Assembly: GCA_002104905.1 (NCBI GenBank)
Contig: MCFE01000023.1
Coordinates: 62,001 to 126,000 of the forward strand
Length of the DNA: 64,000 bases
Direction: 5' to 3'
From: Basidiobolus meristosporus CBS 931.73
Taxonomy: Eukaryota > Fungi > Basidiobolomycota
Shown: positions 1 through 13,900 of the stretch, piece by piece
How the letters are laid out: every line of letters begins with the position of its first letter
Numbering within the stretch: position 1 is the stretch's first letter
Notes under the pieces: generated by a model
Database searches by the model: none
Told to the model about the DNA's origin: nothing
What the model saw: only the letters and a program-made list of their open reading frames with translations
Position numbers and translations under genes: made by a program

Positions 1-306
1 CGCATTTTTGTGACATGTTACAAGCCACAAGAGCTAGATTCAGAGTGCCATGGGTATTGTGTACCAGATGCATGTCTTCAGTCCTTTTGTGTTCTTACAT
101 CCTGCACAACATTGACCTAAAAAAAAAGGTCAAAAAATGGGTTTTCTCCACCACAATGGGTGAAATACAGGGGCTACATTGCAAGAAGATGCAGAGTTAT
201 GCTTCACACTCTGTGACCAAGTATAGGTTCACTTGGCCTCCTGAGCACACTGTGGCATTATTTGGCACTCATGGCTCAGTATGGGACCCTCCAACTCAAC
301 AAGTCT
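1..306. mobile_element. Right arm of fold-back MITE (PHIS/Harbinger-derived), truncated by window edge
   Basis: Aligns with 16700-17006; ends ...CAACAAGTCT followed by ATT (307-309) like the other copies. Confidence 0.8.
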
Positions 307-339
307 ATTCTCTGCAAGACTTGACAAATTTTTGACAGT

Positions 340-1640
340 CAGCTATGATATTTGACTAGCAATATCCATCAGAATGTAGCTTCTTTATGAGCATGTCAGC
401 TCCAAAGTGACCAAGTAAATGAGTCCTCTGTATCAATGTTTTCCTTTCATCAGCAGGTGGGAGTCTCCAAGTTGCTGAATCTAGTCAAGGAATTATTTCC
501 AAAGATGTAGTGAGCTTGCAGATTATGTCAGTAATCACATGTCCCTCCTAAAGTAAAGTTGGAAAAACTCTTGAAAGGTGGTCAGGCAGGATGTTGAGAA
601 TTCTTGTGTGGTGAGTAACTGTATATTCATAATCAAGTAGAGTATCAAGCCAGTTAGTAAGCATTAGAGGCAGAGTCTTTTGAGTGTGACATAAATAAGG
701 GCTTGGTTGTCAGTATACAAGGTAAAAGTGTTACCTTATAAATACAGATGAAGCTTCTTTAAGGCAAAGACTATGGCCAGTAGCTCCTTTTTGGCAGCAG
801 GGTAGCTTTTCTCAGCAACTTGTACAGATCTAGCCTAGAAAGAGATCCAGTGAGGCAAATTTTGGTTGTCATCAAGATAGAGGACTGCTCCTAACCCAAC
901 AATTGATGTTTCTGTGGCAACAACCAAGGGCTTGGTAAAGTCTGGGTGGGATAAGGTGGGTGCTTGCAGAAACAGTTTGCAGAGTGACTCAAAGGCATGG
1001 TCAGGAGTCTTGTCCCAGGCTGAAGGGAGATCAGGGCTATTGTATAATGCATTCAAAGAGGCACTAAATGAGAGCATGAGTGGGATGTGCTCCATGAGAT
1101 ATTTGAATAATCCAAGATAATGTTGAAGTTGCTTAGTACTAGTGGGCTATGGCCATTCTGAAATGTTGACCAGTTTGGAAGGGTCCAGTTGGTGGAAAGC
1201 TGGTATGACTCTAAATCCAAGTAGACTGATTTTGAGGTGAACAAAACTGCACTTTTCAGCATTGAGAATCAGTCCAGCAGCTGTCAGTCAGTTGATACAT
1301 CTGTGACATAAGTTGCCTGTTCATCACATTTTATCAAAAATGGTAATAAAGCCACAAGCTTGTCAACAAAGAACTATTAAGCTACAATCCCCAACTTAGT
1401 TGGCATCTTAACAAAAGTAAGTGCTGGGCTCAGCATCCATTGAGATGACAATGTACTAAAGCTTCTAAAGTCAAAACAACTGTAAACTCCACCAGCAGGG
1501 ACTAGAAAAGAATGTAGCTATGGTCAATAGTTACAAAGGCAGAAAAGTATCTCTGCCTGTACAAGATCAAATATGGGAAAGAATCATATGTAAAAAAAGA
1601 TACCTACTCTGAGTATTCCTCACAAGTAGTGCCTCTAAGG
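340..1640 (-). pseudogene. Degenerate Ty3/gypsy pol (RT, RNase H linker, integrase zinc-finger start)
   Basis: ORF 835-1095 has AFESLCKLFLQAPTLSHPDFTKPLVVATETSIVGLGAVL (RT-RNase H connection); the minus strand near 360-430 reads HLLGHFGADMLIK (integrase GHFG motif); many stops. Confidence 0.8.
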
Positions 1641-2000
1641 TCAGTTGGCTGTCAGGACAGTTTCCAGGGAGTGTCCTGTGGTCTGGGATTGGATGCTCAG
1701 GTAGCAGCAGGTAGCAGTGATCACACTAATCAGCAAGTTGGTACATTGATAAGAGGGATGATGATTTATTGTTGTGGGATTGCCCCCCTTATATACTTTT
1801 CTCACTGGCAAAGCTATTACTAATCATGGTCCTTCAGATGGTTCCAGTGATTAAATAGAAATCTTAATGGTATCAGAATGAGTTGAGAATGTTCTAAGTA
1901 GGTACTGGAAGGTTCTAAGAGGCACAGTATGCCCAACCAATCAGCAATCAGTATTTTGAAACCTGTGTAACATAGGGATACAATTCATGATATGGTAGGT
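1640..2000 (-). repeat. Inverted partial copy of gypsy LTR/leader-like repeat
   Basis: Reverse complement of ~2280-2660 and of the homologous part of 6067-6900 (e.g. 1911-1970 vs 2311-2375). Confidence 0.65.
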
Positions 2001-2016
2001 AGGGATGGGGACACAG

Positions 2017-2840
2017 TGCAGTAGGATAAACATATCTCCCACAGACAGGTTTATCTTTATAGCTATTATGATGTACCTATCCTTATTTTATCTTATCTAT
2101 ATTATCCCATTCTTCTTTTGCCCATATAATTAGTATTATCCCTATATGATATTTACCCTGATTAGTTATTAGCGTTAGTTATCCCAGATGTTATTCAGCT
2201 TTGTGATCTATATATCTATCTGCATTAGGCAAGTACCCGCACCAGTCCTGTGACACACAACCTAAGTCTGTGTCACCATTGCTACCATTTGAATACCATA
2301 TATGGTGTCTCTATGTTGCACAGGTTTTGGACTACTGATCCTTGATTGATTGGATGTGCTGTGCCTTTTAGAACCTTCCAGAACATTCTTGGTATATTTT
2401 TAGCTCATAGTGATGTCATCAAGAATTCCACTGATGCCTGGAATCTTCTAGAACCTTGTCATTAGTAATCAATTGCCAGTCAGGAGAATTATTATGGGAA
2501 GGCAATCTCACATCAATAGATCATCCCTTCTATCAGTAACACTTCTTCCATATTGATCAACAGTTGATCACTGCACCTGCCTTCAACAGTACATCTCAGA
2601 CCTACCATCAAGGAACATTTCAGAGTAGTGCACAAGACACACAGAGGCCTTTGGACACACTTGGAGCACCTAGGAAGCTAGAGAAGCAGGAGCTTTTACC
2701 ATAGTGACATATTGCCAAAGACACCAGCAGTTTAGACCCAGAGGTTATTGCACCCATCAGACACCTCACACATCTTGAGTTGTGTAGCTTCTCCTAGGGG
2801 TACCTCTGCACCACCACAACAGTTTGGTCATGTGTTACAG
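2017..2840 (+). repeat. Gypsy LTR/leader-like repeat, copy 1
   Basis: Colinear with 6067-6900, which directly precedes a gag-like ORF; begins TG. Confidence 0.6.
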
Positions 2841-3059
2841 GTACTAGCACAGATACCTGCCTAATATGGAAGCACTTACATCAAGAAATCTCACATAAAG
2901 TGAGGGATAACTTATGCAATAAGGTGAGCAGGTGTGATAGTCAGCCAGCTTGTGGGATAGGACTGATCAAGTAAGACATATGGGATAAAACTAATGTAAG
3001 GGTAGTAGAAAATAGGGAAGTAGAAAATATGGGAATGAGCACATCTGTCAGTGGGTGTC

Positions 3060-3201
3060 ATTGTGACCCCACTACACCACCATAAGATTGTCTAGATGGG
3101 CATTAATTCCAAGCTGCAGGTGTTATAATAGTATCCTGATGGGATCTCAATGGCTGACCTTGATAGGATCCACCTGCAGGACCAAACTATTATTCATAGG
3201 G
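3060..3201. mobile_element. CACTA/CMC-like terminal fragment
   Basis: Ends ...TATTATTCATAGGG; reverse-complement homologue of 4723-4860. Confidence 0.65.
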
Positions 3202-3439
3202 TGTACAGTTTGATATCAACATCTAAATTGCTGCTCTACATGGAGCAAAAAAAGATTCTTTAATGTTTGGAAGAAGATTCAACCACTTTGGAGACTATCA
3301 GAGTAGAGTTGGACAATTTGAAGACAGACAAGCTAAAGAACCAACTTCAGTACCTTGCCAATACAGTATACATCTGCTATCAGTGCCAAAATCAAAGTCT
3401 CCAAACAAAAGATGATTACAATATATAACTCAAAATACA

Positions 3440-3719
3440 GGAACAGCAGTTTTAAATGTATAAGAAGTATTTATATTTACCATGGTCTTGGCATGGCAAA
3501 TGCATAATATAGATTTAGGAAGGTCCAAGAACATGTGTGCAAAGCTTGGGGCTTCTTCAACAACTTATCCAATCTTCATGCACTGGGGATCTGATATCTT
3601 GGGAAAATATTCTAAGTATCCAACAAGTAAATTGGTCAGTATTCTCTAGGGATAGTAGGTAATGACCTAAGTGACTAAGTTAGGTGAATATATAGGTGGA
3701 GTTACAAACTTTTGCCACA
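3440..3719 (-). repeat. Degenerate copia (family 2-like) LTR fragment
   Basis: Shares AGGAAGGTCC-AAGAACATGTGTGCAAAG and AAGTGACTAAGTTAGG motifs with LTRs at 43601-43949 and 52004-52351; ends CA. Confidence 0.6.
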
Positions 3720-4442
3720 AAGCTGGCTGAGCTTGTTCCACAAACCATTGTATTTCATGATCTTTCTCTCTTACTCAATTCTCATAACTGGCCATACTGA
3801 TTATGTATATGACGGCCTGCTTTTCAGAGTATTAATATAACACATTTCTTGGGATTGCAAGATGTTTACATGAAGGCACTATGCAACGGCAGGTTTAGTG
3901 TTTCTTGCATCACAACCTGGAGTAGCCCACTGAGCCTTAGGTAATATGGATCACTTGATATCACTTTAGACTTAGTAGCTGAATGTTCTAAGGTTTTGTG
4001 TAGTTAACAGATCACATGCACAAGCTTAGGCTGAACAGATTTCCTACAGGTATAACCAATATATGGTGAAGCAATTTATTCTGTCATCAGTGCAATCCCT
4101 TGCAAAGCAGGTCCTAATGATAAACATTGATATCAGTATGCTATATACAAGAGTAAACTGTAGGCCATATGCCTGGCTGGATAGCCACAATGTGCATATA
4201 ACAGCTTGATAGCATTAGTTAATATATTAGCAATGATGCATGATATTAAGTCAGGTTACATCTACTTTAGAAAGCTTTGGAAATACTGAATGTGGTAGGA
4301 GAAATTGTATATCACATGGTTTTACCAAATCATTTATTCAAAATACAAGTAAATTCATACCTTTACACAATCAAGGCTGTGGAAGTATATAGAAGTGTTT
4401 AAGTAGTCTGCAAGAGTATGTGTGCAAAGCTTGGGACTCACT

Positions 4443-4700
4443 GCCTATGAAAAGCAATTTGGTCCTGTAGGAGGAGCCAATGCAGGTCAGCTGTCAGAAT
4501 CCTGCAATGAGGCCATTAAAAGGCCTGCTGCTTGAAATTTTTGACCCATTTACAATCTTAAAGTGGAATTTTTACTATGTTTTACTGATTTGGCTATCAG
4601 ATCTGGTAAGAAGCTTGACTGTGCTTTGACAGTCTTCCTGCAGAGTTTGCATGGCATTGAGGCAGTGCAAGTTTGACCTACATTTTTTTGGGGCAGCCCT
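4443..4700. mobile_element. CACTA/CMC-like terminal fragment
   Basis: Starts (G)CCTATGAAAAGCAATTTGGTCC, homologous to 4723 onward. Confidence 0.6.
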
Positions 4701-5149
4701 TACTGGCCACCAAATACTCTAACCCTATGAAAAATAATTTGGTTCCACAGGTGGATCTGATCCAGATCAGCTGTCAGGATCCCACTTAGAGACCATCATA
4801 ATACCAGCAGCTTGGAATTAGCAACCCCCTCCACAAAAGTTGCATGGTATTGTTGCGGTTTTTTAGTGCTCTGCAGCTATTTCAAGTGGATCTAACCAGC
4901 CAGGCCATCCAATTGTCTTATATGGCAAGGAACTTGACGGTATTTTAATGGCCTCACAGCAAGACTCTGATGGCATTATATTGGCAGTATGATGGCCTAC
5001 AGCTGGTTCTGTATATTGCTACCATACCAATTTACTAAATGGTATTTCCTTTATCTACCTCCCCTTTTGCAATCATGTATTCCACTGTAGAATCACCCCT
5101 CTTTATTTGCTTACCCACAACTACCTTGGGTATTCCACATATAGTTCAA

Positions 5150-6066
5150 ATAAAAAAAAAACTATGGCTTCCTGCTCACTAACCTCTACAAGTGCACACA
5201 CCTGCTGCAATTGATATACTTCTATCACCTCAACTTTACCACTTTTTAGTGTGATACTTCCAAGGTTGCCATATACCTTGTACTGCTGCTAACATATACA
5301 TCTTGCAAACATATGCTTGGTTGTTGCCACTTCTGCTATGAATACCTCCTGAATATCCTCAAAGAACTTCTAGTATTTAGCCAATATATTCCCTCTCCCT
5401 GCTGGATTCTAGTCCCCCTTATAGAAGCACTCTGGCTCTTGTTTGTGTGAGTTTCATATCAAATGGGGTAAAAGTTAGCTTGCAACCATGAGAAATCTGG
5501 CATACCTTGGTAGAGTTTTCCAAATTAAAATTAGTTGCTTGTTGCACCCAACCCAACTTTGCATCACTTAACAGATTACCCATGCATTGGGGTTGCTTAG
5601 CTTCTTAATGCCATAGGCATAGGTGTCTCCATGAGTATATTTGTCCTCAGTATCTTCCAACTCTTCCTGGCTGTCCTCCATGTGCCAACTCATCACATCC
5701 ATGACAGACTTTAAGGTCACATTCTTGATGAGATTGGGATATGGTAGTACCTGCAACTTGACTTGTCTTCCTATCTCCCAACTCAACTACTCCATACAAA
5801 ACTCTTGAAAGGTGAAGCAAGGCCCAATAATCTTCATGCACTGTTCAAGATGGAGTAGAGAATGGATACATTAGCGCAGAGATCTACACATTCAGCTTTA
5901 TGTTTGTAGTATAGCTGCTCAAATCCAATCACAAATTCCTTGCACAACAGCTGTAGATGTGTCTAGTTGGCATGGGCAATCCACTACAGGATAAATATTC
6001 CTACAATGTCCACATATGATTCTCAATGCTTTCAATATACTCTTGATAGGAATGGCTTCAGAATGC
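5150..6066 (-). pseudogene. CACTA/EnSpm-type transposase, C-terminal remnant
   Basis: Frames read HSLLHLEQCMKIIGPCFTF and WEIGRQVKLQVLPYPNLIK. The paralogue at 41334-41762 reads HSLLHLAWCVENFGPCFTCWEFPMEQ, matching the H-LLH...GP...W-FPMER pattern of CACTA transposases. Confidence 0.7.
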
Positions 6067-7860
6067 TGTGGTAGGGTAGAAGTACCTCCCACAAACAAGA
6101 TTAGCTATATGATTATTATCCTAATTTTTGGCTATACCATCAGTGTCAGTATTATCCAATTATTACAGTCATTCCTTATATTATTAGTGCTATCCCAATC
6201 CTTGATTCATATTGATTAGTTCATACACATTAATTATCTCCTTTACTGGTCATCCTTATGACTAGAAGCAAGCACTAGATTAGGAAGGTCCCACACCAGT
6301 GACTGTTACACAGCCTAAGCTGCCATGTAGCCTCTCATACCTATTGGATACTATATTAGGTAGTCCCTTGTTGCACAGTTTCACATGTTTTTACACAAAT
6401 TCCCTTTTTAGTTGTTCTTTATTAGATCATTCTACTGGATCACAGGACCCAGTCTGATGCTTGGTATACATCATGCATATGTCATTTGGAAGATTCCAGT
6501 TGTCAGTGGAATTTGCTAGAACATTCTGACTACTCAGATTCTCCTGTGAGAAAAGTATTTGAAGGAGACCAAACTCCTGTAATAAACATCATCCCTTCTG
6601 TCAGTAACATTCTTTATTGACTAGCAGTTGATCACTGCATCTACTTCCACCAGTTACACCTCAGACCTGCCATCAGGGAGCTTTTCAGGGTATTGCATAG
6701 GAGCAAATAGAGGCCTTTGGAGACACTCAGAGCATCTAGGAAGCCAAAGAAGCAGGAGCTTTTATTTTAAGTGAGTTAATGATACAGTGACCAAGAAACC
6801 AGCAGTTTAGACCCTGAGGTTATTTCACCCATCAGACACCTCACACTCCTTGAGTTGTGTAGATCTTCCCCAGAAGCACTACTACACTACCACATATTTG
6901 ACACCTACTATGGGGGGTTTGACTGAACTGCTCAAGAAGACAGAGAAATTCTAAAGACTACCAAAGATATAAGAACACACTACTAGCATGGATCTACCAC
7001 TACCAGAATTGCCAGGAACCCCTTTTCTTGATAGAACTTAAGTCAAAGCCTTTATAAAGCGATGGGAACTTTTCAGCAAATCCTACAAGATTCCAGAAGC
7101 CAACATGGCTGAAGAGATTCACTATATAGTACAGATGAGATTACGCTCTTGATGTATGACAGAGATGACCCACTATGTAACTGGAGCCTATTGATGACAT
7201 ACCTGCTTACTACATATGGAGGAACCACACCAGCAATTACCCTTTAGGAGTTGAAGCAGTTTGCAAGCACCAAGTATAACACTATGTCTCTGAACAACTT
7301 TATAAGTGGACTAGAGCACCTTGGTGAGCCATTGAAAGCAGAAGAAATAATCACCAACCTGACTCTTACAGCCTATCTTCTCAGTGCATTACCGACTGAA
7401 TTGACTTACATAATTGATAATGACCCTGCAGTAAAGCCTTTGACCACCCTACTGGCTTTTGATACCGTCAAGACAATCTTGTTAACACCTAAGGATATGT
7501 CTCCAGTTATGAGACTACTAATGCCCAATGCTTGTAAGGAGACCACTCACCAATTGGCACATACCACTCAGAAGGAAAGTCAGCTTCAAGAGTTGACCCT
7601 GCAACTGGAAAGATTGACTTTGCTCCTCAGCACCATTATTTCAAAGAAGGAAAAACCAGAAAAAGATTTGAAATATTGATGCATATGATGTAATTCTCTT
7701 GAACATTTCAAAAGAAAGTGTCAAGAATTGCAAGCACTATTGGCTGCAGGAGAAGTCTCCTATAATTCTCAAGGTTATCTAGTCAACAGACTTGGTGTTT
7801 TTTGTGATGGGAGGCATATTCAGACTGATGAAAATCAGTGGCCAGCAGGATTTGCTGGTA
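6067..7860 (+). mobile_element. Ty3/gypsy 5' fragment: LTR/leader plus degenerate gag-like ORF (from ATG 6988) with zinc knuckle
   Basis: MDLPLPELPGTPF...VKAFIKRWELFSK; later C-x-x-CNSLEHFKRKCQELQALLAAGEV, a Cys/His knuckle as in fungal gypsy gag (DUF4100-like); internal stops. Confidence 0.55.
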
Positions 7861-7869
7861 CAGTACTTG

Positions 7870-8950
7870 TATGATGTGAATCCATCAAGTGCTAAAGCCA
7901 AGGCATTGTCATACACACCTTCAAAGTAGCCCTTGCTTCTTAGCTGTTTGTAATATTTACCATCAAGTGTATTGGATATGTTTTTGCTTGACTGATACTG
8001 AGTGCAGTACTGTATAGCTTTGTAATATTTGTTGGACTGTATCAGCTTCCTCAGTTAGGGTATGACTGGAATAAATGCAGAGTGTGAACAATGCTCTCCC
8101 TCAAAGCTGGTGGATTCCTGACAATTTGAACACGTTGCAATGGTAGCATTTTTGGATGTGAATGCCATGCCACTGTCAACACATGCTGGAATCAGGACAA
8201 TCTCTGGATCATATGCTGCCAGCCACATGATGGTTGTCCACTTGTACCATGTACCTGGTAAGTTGCATCCCAGAATGATTTTGGTAAGAAGTAGTAATAA
8301 CTCCTCAAAGCCCCCATTACTGATATTAGTGGAAACACATCACTACTCTAGCCATAACATGACATTATTCACCAGTAGATGGATTACTGGGCTCACTTGG
8401 CTCCATAAAATATCCTTGTCATTTGTTTCAACAGGAGGTGTCTCATTACATATAGGGATTTGACCAGACTCATATATGTTATTGTTGTTAGGAGAGATAG
8501 GCTCAAGATCCATCAGTGAACCTTCTTTATCAGAGCTATTACTCTGAGTGCCATATTGAGAAGGCTGAGGTGAGCCTAAAGGTGTCAAAAACTCACTTGA
8601 CTCAGTTTGCGCAAGGTGACAACAACAGCCAGGTGCTGATATAGAAGTATTGACTGGCCAGCAAGATGATGTTGGTACAGTAGTGACCAATGAATGGTCA
8701 AATATGACTTGTGTGGCAAAAGGCTAGCTATGATCCTTGTAATACTCCCTATGCTGTCTGCATGCTTCATGGCTGAGCAGCTTGGTACAATAGCCACATG
8801 GTCTTTTTTCTCCTCTCTTATGGCATTGGGTCAAAGTAGTCTTGTCTATGGGGCAAATGGTTTGACCTTCAACAACGTAATGCTATTATATTACTTTTTG
8901 GTCAATGCTCATGTGAACTTAAGACTGTCTTATATTTGAGACGCTGAACC
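7870..8950 (-). pseudogene. CACTA/EnSpm-type transposase, N-terminal remnant
   Basis: Minus frames read ACVDSGMAFTSKNATIATCSNCQE (Cys cluster) and NALALALDGF (cf. the LGLSTDGF motif of Tnp2-type transposases). Confidence 0.55.
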
Positions 8951-9357
8951 TACATGATTGCAAGATTCAATGATGACCCACCATAGTAAGTATAATAAAT
9001 AAAGTTGTGGCACTACTTACACACATATATGTAGCACTATTTCCCCTTTGGTTTGACTCACTTCCACATATTTGCTGCAAAAATAAAGCAAAGTTGCCTG
9101 GTTCCTAACCAAACCCCACCACTGACAGCGACAGAAGAACAGTTGGACAACAGCTTGCTTTGACATTCAGTGCAACAAGTGGTGTTACATCTAAAAAAGG
9201 CCCTGTGGACAGCATGCCCATTGAAGGTAATAATGCAGACTTCTCAGGCTTGCAGTCAGTTAGGTAACTGAGAACCTCTGCAGAGCCACAATTTGACTGT
9301 TACACTCAGGCAGATGAGAATGTAGCAAATGCAATACAATCAGTTGCGGACCATTTA

Positions 9358-10606
9358 GTGGCCATCATAACATCACCACCACCCATATTAGCAAGTATGT
9401 TGTCAGCTCATACCAAGGCATTAATGAAGCAATTAGTTGCAGTGGCTGACAGGATAGATGCAATGGCCCAGAGAAAGCAGGATATAGTTGAGAAACAGGA
9501 TGAGCAGATAACATATGTAGAGCAATCTGTATTCCAGGTAGAGAAGGCATTATCTTTGCAGCAAAGAGGGAGCTCAAGTAGTTCATTGTCACAGCCAAGA
9601 ATTGAGCCATTTCCCAATGTAACAGAAGAGGAACACCATACAGTCTTTGAAGCACAACAACAGTGCCCAAAGATAAAGCCCACAGAAGAACCTGTTACAG
9701 TGTGGGAGGGATACCATGTGGTGCTTATACCAAAGCCTATGAATCAAACAAATTGAAGAATTTTGAAGCTGTTGAGTTCAATAATGAAGAGTGGGCTAAT
9801 ATACAAGAGTCTGTCAGAAGTCTACTGCGCCATCACTTTAAGGCCAGCATACTATGGGACCATCAGGAACTCAAGGCCAAGCAGAATGCACTAGACTTGT
9901 TCCATGAGTATTATCTTGGATTCAAATGGCAAACAGATTTGTGCCAGCATTGGTATGCTAAGAAAGTATTCCAAGAATAGCAGACACTATCAAATGCAGA
10001 AGAACAATGGTGCCATGGCTAAAAACCAGTGGCTTCCTCAAGACCCTGTTACAAGCAGGGCCAAAAGCTCCAGACAAGTGTCAAAGAGATGTCAGGCAGC
10101 TGGAAGAGTGTCAATTAGGGACAAGCAGGCAGACATATATGAACCAGCACAACATCTATCAAGGAAAAAGAGTAGTACCACTCATGAAGCACTCAGTCAA
10201 AGTAGCAGCAAAGGACCTGGCAGTGATAAAGGAAAAGGTGAAGGGAAAATGTGTACCTAAGCTTGAGATGGGGATACATGCAAAAAAAACTGCAGTTCTT
10301 GCCAATTAACACCATAAGCCTGGAACTGACTGAATCCTATCATAGCCAAGAAGGATCATCAATAAGAAAACAGCTGTTTTTACAAGAGTTGGAAGCGCAG
10401 CCAGTTGAGTTACACTCCAGCAAGGTAGATAAGTTTACCAAAAAGGCTATTTGTCTACCACAGCTTTCATATCCTCTATTGTTGACAGAGTGGAGATCCC
10501 ACTGACAAACAAGGCTACAATGTCAAGAGCTTGAAAGACTATCACAGTGCCTTCAGTGGAATTTTGGAGCATTATTAGTCACACCAAGGGGTTGCAGCAA
10601 TACTTC
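9358..10606 (+). pseudogene. ORF-X of the CCCTA element (unknown protein), degenerate; continues 15269-15600
   Basis: ORFs 9358-9756, 9663-9980 and 9904-10260 have paralogues at 36370-37990, 38330-39060, 39840-40750 and 41790-42860. Confidence 0.6.
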
Positions 10607-10969
10607 TGTTGCAATTTAAGAAGTGATTTGGATATAAGGAACTTATCAAGAAATAGTGATAATAGTTGAACTGTTGTTTATTCATAAAGAAGCTCAGTAT
10701 TTATACCTCTGTAGAAGTAATACAGCTGCAACACTAAGAAGGGTGGGTTTCTCAATATTCAGGAGCATTCTGTAACAGCTTCAAGGTTAGTACATAATGT
10801 TTGGTAATAGTGCTAATTTGATCCTGACTATAGGGAATAATCATAAGATCATATATCTGGAAGAAAATGGCAAAGTTAAGGCAGTAAATGAGTCCTACAG
10901 TGACTAAGACTAGTCTAGAATTGTTAAGTAAAATTTTAGCTGCTGAATGATACAATATAGTCCAATATT

Positions 10970-13900
10970 TCAACACTCCCCCTCAACTAAATAATTTCTT
11001 AATCCCAGTTTCTCTCTAAGGATCTCAAACTGTGGCCTAGCTAGTGGTTTTGTCAATATGTCTGCCACCATTTTGTCAGTTGGGCAGTAAACCAGCTCCA
11101 CTAAGTTATTTTCTACAGCTTCCCTCACAAAGTGATGCTGTATATCAATGTTCTTAGTTCTAGCATGATTAGTAGGATTTCTAGCTAATGAAATACAACT
11201 TTGATTATCCTTGTAAATACATGTTGGTTCACCTGAATTAAAACCTAAGTCTTTGAATAATTTTTTTAGCCATATAGCCTCCTTAGTTGCTTGACATGCA
11301 GCCATATATTTGGCTTCAGTTGTAGATAGTGCCACAGTTGGTTGTTTCTTGCAATTCCAAGTAATAGCTGCACCAGCATAAAGAAATACATAGCCTGTGG
11401 TAGAGCATCTGTCAATCAGATCCCTACCCCAATCTGAATCACCATAACCATCAAACTTTTGCCTATTAACTGCTCCAGAGTATGCCAGTACCATATTTAT
11501 GGTACCTTGTAGATATCTGAACATCCGCTTAACTGCTGCAATTTGATCTGATCCATAATTCTGCATGAATGGACTGACTATTCCAACTGCCACTGCAATA
11601 TCTGGACATGTAGACACCATCAAGTACATTAGGCTACCAACCATTGATTGATAGGGAAAGTTTTGGTCCATATTTGAGCAATTTTCATCTATAACTGGCT
11701 GAGATTTGCTTAATTTCAGGTTATTGTCCATAGGGGTTGCTGCAGGTTTGCAATTTTCCATTTTGAAGCTTCTAAGAATGTCCCTGATGTACTTAGACTG
11801 ATTCAGCACAATTTTCTGCGTAGGTATGTCAAATTTGACCTCAATTCCAAGAAAATAGCTCAATTTTCCAAGATCTTTCATCTCAAACTTGCTGAAGAGA
11901 TCTGATTTTGTCTTTTTAAGTGCCTCTTGATCACTTGTAACTATAATTAGGTTGTCCACATAAAGAACTAGGATGATCGCACCCTTCTTGAGCTGTTTCA
12001 CATATATACTCTGATCTGCAGTGCTACAAGAGAACCCAATTTCCTCTAGATATGTGTCAATCTTGTTATACCATGCTCTGGGTGCCTGCGTTAGCCCATA
12101 CAACAATTATCTAAGTTTGCACACCTTATGGGGGCCTTTTGGATCGGTAAAACCTTCTGGTTGCTCCATATATATAGTTTCTTGCAAATCCCCATTCAGA
12201 AAGGCTGTTTTGACGTCCATTTGGTGTAGATCTAGACTGTGTTCCAATAGAGTTAAACTTGGCATCCGGAGCAAATGTTTCCTTAAAGTCTAGTCCCTGG
12301 ATCTGGGAATAGCCTTTAGCTACCAATCTAGCCTTGTACTTATCAACGGCACCATTTGAGGTTATCTTGATCTTGTAGACCCATCTGCATCCTATTGGCT
12401 TTATCCCATTTGGTAAATCTACCAGTTCCCATGTTTTTGCCTTGATCAGTAATTGGTACTCCTCCTGCATGGCTTGTTGCCACTTAGTAGCATCTGGACC
12501 TTGCTTTGCCTGTTCCAGAATCTGAGGTTTGGCACATAAGGCAAGATAAGCTTCTTCATGATCATTGGATGTCTGCCAGCAGGATCCAGGGGCATTTCTT
12601 ATTCTTGTAGATCTCCTAACTGGGATAATCTGTTCTGATCTGGAACTGGTAGAAGTATCTTCCATCTCTGGTTGGATTTGATATGTGTCTTCTTCATTTC
12701 TGTTGATGGCATCATCAGGCAGCTAGCCAATGATTTCTGTAGCTTTCTGATCTGTATTCTCCTCAAATACAACATTACTGCTCTTGATTGGTTTCTGGAT
12801 TTTGCCATCATACACTCTATACCCTTTAGTATCTTCACAATACCCAAGAAAGATCCCTTTCCTACTCTTTGGTTCCAACTCTGAGTGTTTTTTATTAGGG
12901 ATGTGATAAAAAACATCACTGCCAAAGATCTTGAGATGCTGGAGATCTGGTTTTTTGCCTGTATATGCTTCAAAGGGTGTAAAATCACGTAGTGCTGTTG
13001 TTGGGCATCTGTTCTTGATATATACAGCGGTAGCAACAGATTCAGCCCAAAACTTGTAGTCCATTCCCTTATCATGCAGCATAGATCTTCCCATCTCTAC
13101 TATTGTTCTATTTGCACTGTTCTGCTACTCCATTTTGCTGTAGAGTATGAGGAACTGTGGTCTGTTGAAGTATACCAGTAGACAAGCAGTATTTTGCAAA
13201 CTCCTTTGAGCAGTATTCTCCTCCATTGTCACTTTGTAGTACCTTCAATTTACACCCAGTTTGTGTTTCTGCCATGTTCTTGAAGTGCTTAAACATCTCT
13301 AAAGCTTCACCCTTTGGTTTGAGGAAGTACACCCATGTATATCTTGTCTTGTCATCAATAAACGTCATAAAGTATCTCTTGGCTCCAAAGGACAGTGTTC
13401 TCATGGGGCCACATATGTCTGAGTGTACAATAGCAAATATCTTGGTGGTATTGATGCCTTCTGAGCTCTTGAAACATTGCCTAGCTTGTTTGCCATATGA
13501 ACATCTCTTACAAACATTCAATTTGATTGGAATTGAGTATTTTAGACCCAAAACAAGCTGATTTTTCACCAATTGGCACATTTTCTGTTCCCCAATGTGT
13601 CCTAGCCTCCTATGCCACGTCTCCCAGTTGGTTTCATCAGTTTCAGCAATGTTGACATACTCAGGTACAATGATCTTGCAATGTAACTTGTATATATTGT
13701 GATCTCTGATTCCCAAAGCTAATTTTTGTCCATTTTCACTTGATATTGAGCAGCTCAGCTTAGTAAAAACACATTTCAGTCCCTGAGTAGTTGCTTTACT
13801 GACTGAGAGTAGGTTCTTAGCTATTCAAGGTACATAGAGTACGTCAGTCAGTTTTGCTGTTGTTGCCCCTGAGTTATCACTCATATTTAGTTGTATAGAC

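Noticed and set aside
15-335. 106-aa ORF
   Set aside because: Chance frame through a MITE arm; homologous arms do not keep it open.
3720-4300. Possible middle segment of the CACTA transposase
   Set aside because: Only faint His/Cys hints in broken frames; not enough to annotate.
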